Positions 63,318-64,000 of a stretch of DNA of 64,000 nt are shown here, one piece after another. The notes under the pieces are model-generated. The model had not been told where the DNA came from and ran no database searches. It worked only from the letters and a program-made list of their open reading frames with translations. Origin of the DNA: Sedimentisphaerales bacterium (GTDB lineage Bacteria; Planctomycetota; Phycisphaerae; Sedimentisphaerales; SM23-30); assembly GCA_963663805.2 (NCBI GenBank), contig CAXXMR010000020.1, positions 160,001-224,000 of the forward strand, written 5' to 3'. Position 1 is the stretch's first letter, and each line of letters starts with the position of its first letter. The position numbers and the translations under genes were made by a program.

Positions 63318-63650
63318 AACTTTTCAAAGAGCAAAATTGTCAAATTTCAGCCGCGTTAAAGCGGTATTACGTTCGGTTGACAACTACACCATTGATTATG
63401 GTTGAAATTTATGTTTTTCGGGGCTGTTTTGCAAGTAAATATTACCTAGAATTTCATCTGAGATATAATGCCACCATAATCAGAAGAACATATACATATT
63501 TCACGGCTCTGATAGCCAGCCTCAGCGACAAAGCAGCCTCGGGATGCCCTGCTCAAACAGCAGCAATCGCTGGACTATTGCCAGGAGAAAGTTCGGATAC
63601 TTCGAGAAGTCCTTCAGGACAAGTATGACTGCAAACCTTCTCGCAACACA

Positions 63651-64000
63651 TTAAATCCTGCGATTCTTTCGATACTCCAAAGGTGTCAGGCTCAGGGCTT
63701 GCTTGAAATATCGCGAAATGTGCTTGCTGTCGTTGAAGTTCATCAAACGAGCAATCTGGGAAATAGAGAGGTTAGTGTCAAGAAGAAGTTTGGCAATCTC
63801 GCGAGTTCGCACCTGGCGAATATATTCTGCAATTGAACGATCAAGTTCTTTACGAAATTTCTGATTGAGCATACTTCTGGAAATCGCAACGTGGTCGGCT
63901 ACATCAATAACCTGAATATTTTTAGTCGAATTGTTTTTGATAAATTTGACCGCTTCGCTGACAATTATATCCTCAAATGCCATTGAGTCAGAAGAACGCC
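63651..64000 (-). CDS. XylR-like regulator, C-terminal AraC HTH (5' part outside the window)
   Basis: RSSDSMAFED linker, ISRSML...FRKEL, LSISQIA, TPLEYRK. Confidence 0.8.
   Translation of the reverse strand, partial: RSSDSMAFEDIIVSEAVKFIKNNSTKNIQVIDVADHVAISRSMLNQKFRKELDRSIAEYIRQVRTREIAKLLLDTNLSISQIARLMNFNDSKHISRYFKQALSLTPLEYRKNRRI

Larger units (their letters stand above)
60963..63388 (+). mobile_element. Right-hand remnant of an rve-type IS hosting the intron
   Basis: Integrase C-terminus WYNQWRPHMTLDG (60963-61196); terminus ttgacaactaca at 63388. Confidence 0.7.

Noticed and set aside
62819..63628. ORFs 62819-63214 and 63128-63628
   Set aside because: Overlap intron RNA domains and the IS end; no protein motifs.
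1..64000. tRNA or rRNA genes
   Set aside because: None recognised by eye; a tRNAscan-SE or Infernal run would be needed to exclude them.

Overview
Bacterial accessory region, probably from a planctomycete of the Phycisphaerae (inferred from H-X9-DG prepilin-like, PEP-CTERM-like and 'DxNxDxxVDxxD...WL' dockerin-like proteins). Left to right: (1) a DeoR regulator divergent from a fused E1alpha/beta plus E2 2-oxoacid/acetoin dehydrogenase operon; (2) a cytoplasmic FN3 gene; (3) four large secreted GLUG or BspA-LRR proteins built from shared DNA modules, followed by a degenerate 20-bp-period array; (4) a decaying sialic-acid-type catabolic cluster; (5) a prophage/ICE-like remnant with vapBC and Fic; (6) an AT-rich module of ECF sigma, four-zinc-finger anti-sigma, prepilin-like, PEP-CTERM-like, C39 peptidase and WYL genes; (7) two back-to-back AbiE toxin-antitoxin operons around an IS91/tyrosine-recombinase element; (8) a group II intron sitting in an IS end; (9) a partial XylR-like regulator. 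At least 15 IS copies or fragments (IS1634, IS3, IS21, IS66, IS256-like, IS630, IS91, rve-type) are present, several nested with readable target duplications. Best candidates for new biology: a secreted C39 peptidase carrying its own double-glycine-type leader and a 10-Cys C-terminal peptide; a promoter-driven structured RNA in the IS3 right end; the 20-bp array; an ungapped 155-bp intergenic element; and an intron that targets IS ends. Many single-base frameshifts lie in homopolymers and may be sequencing errors. All calls come from reading the sequence; no database searches were run.
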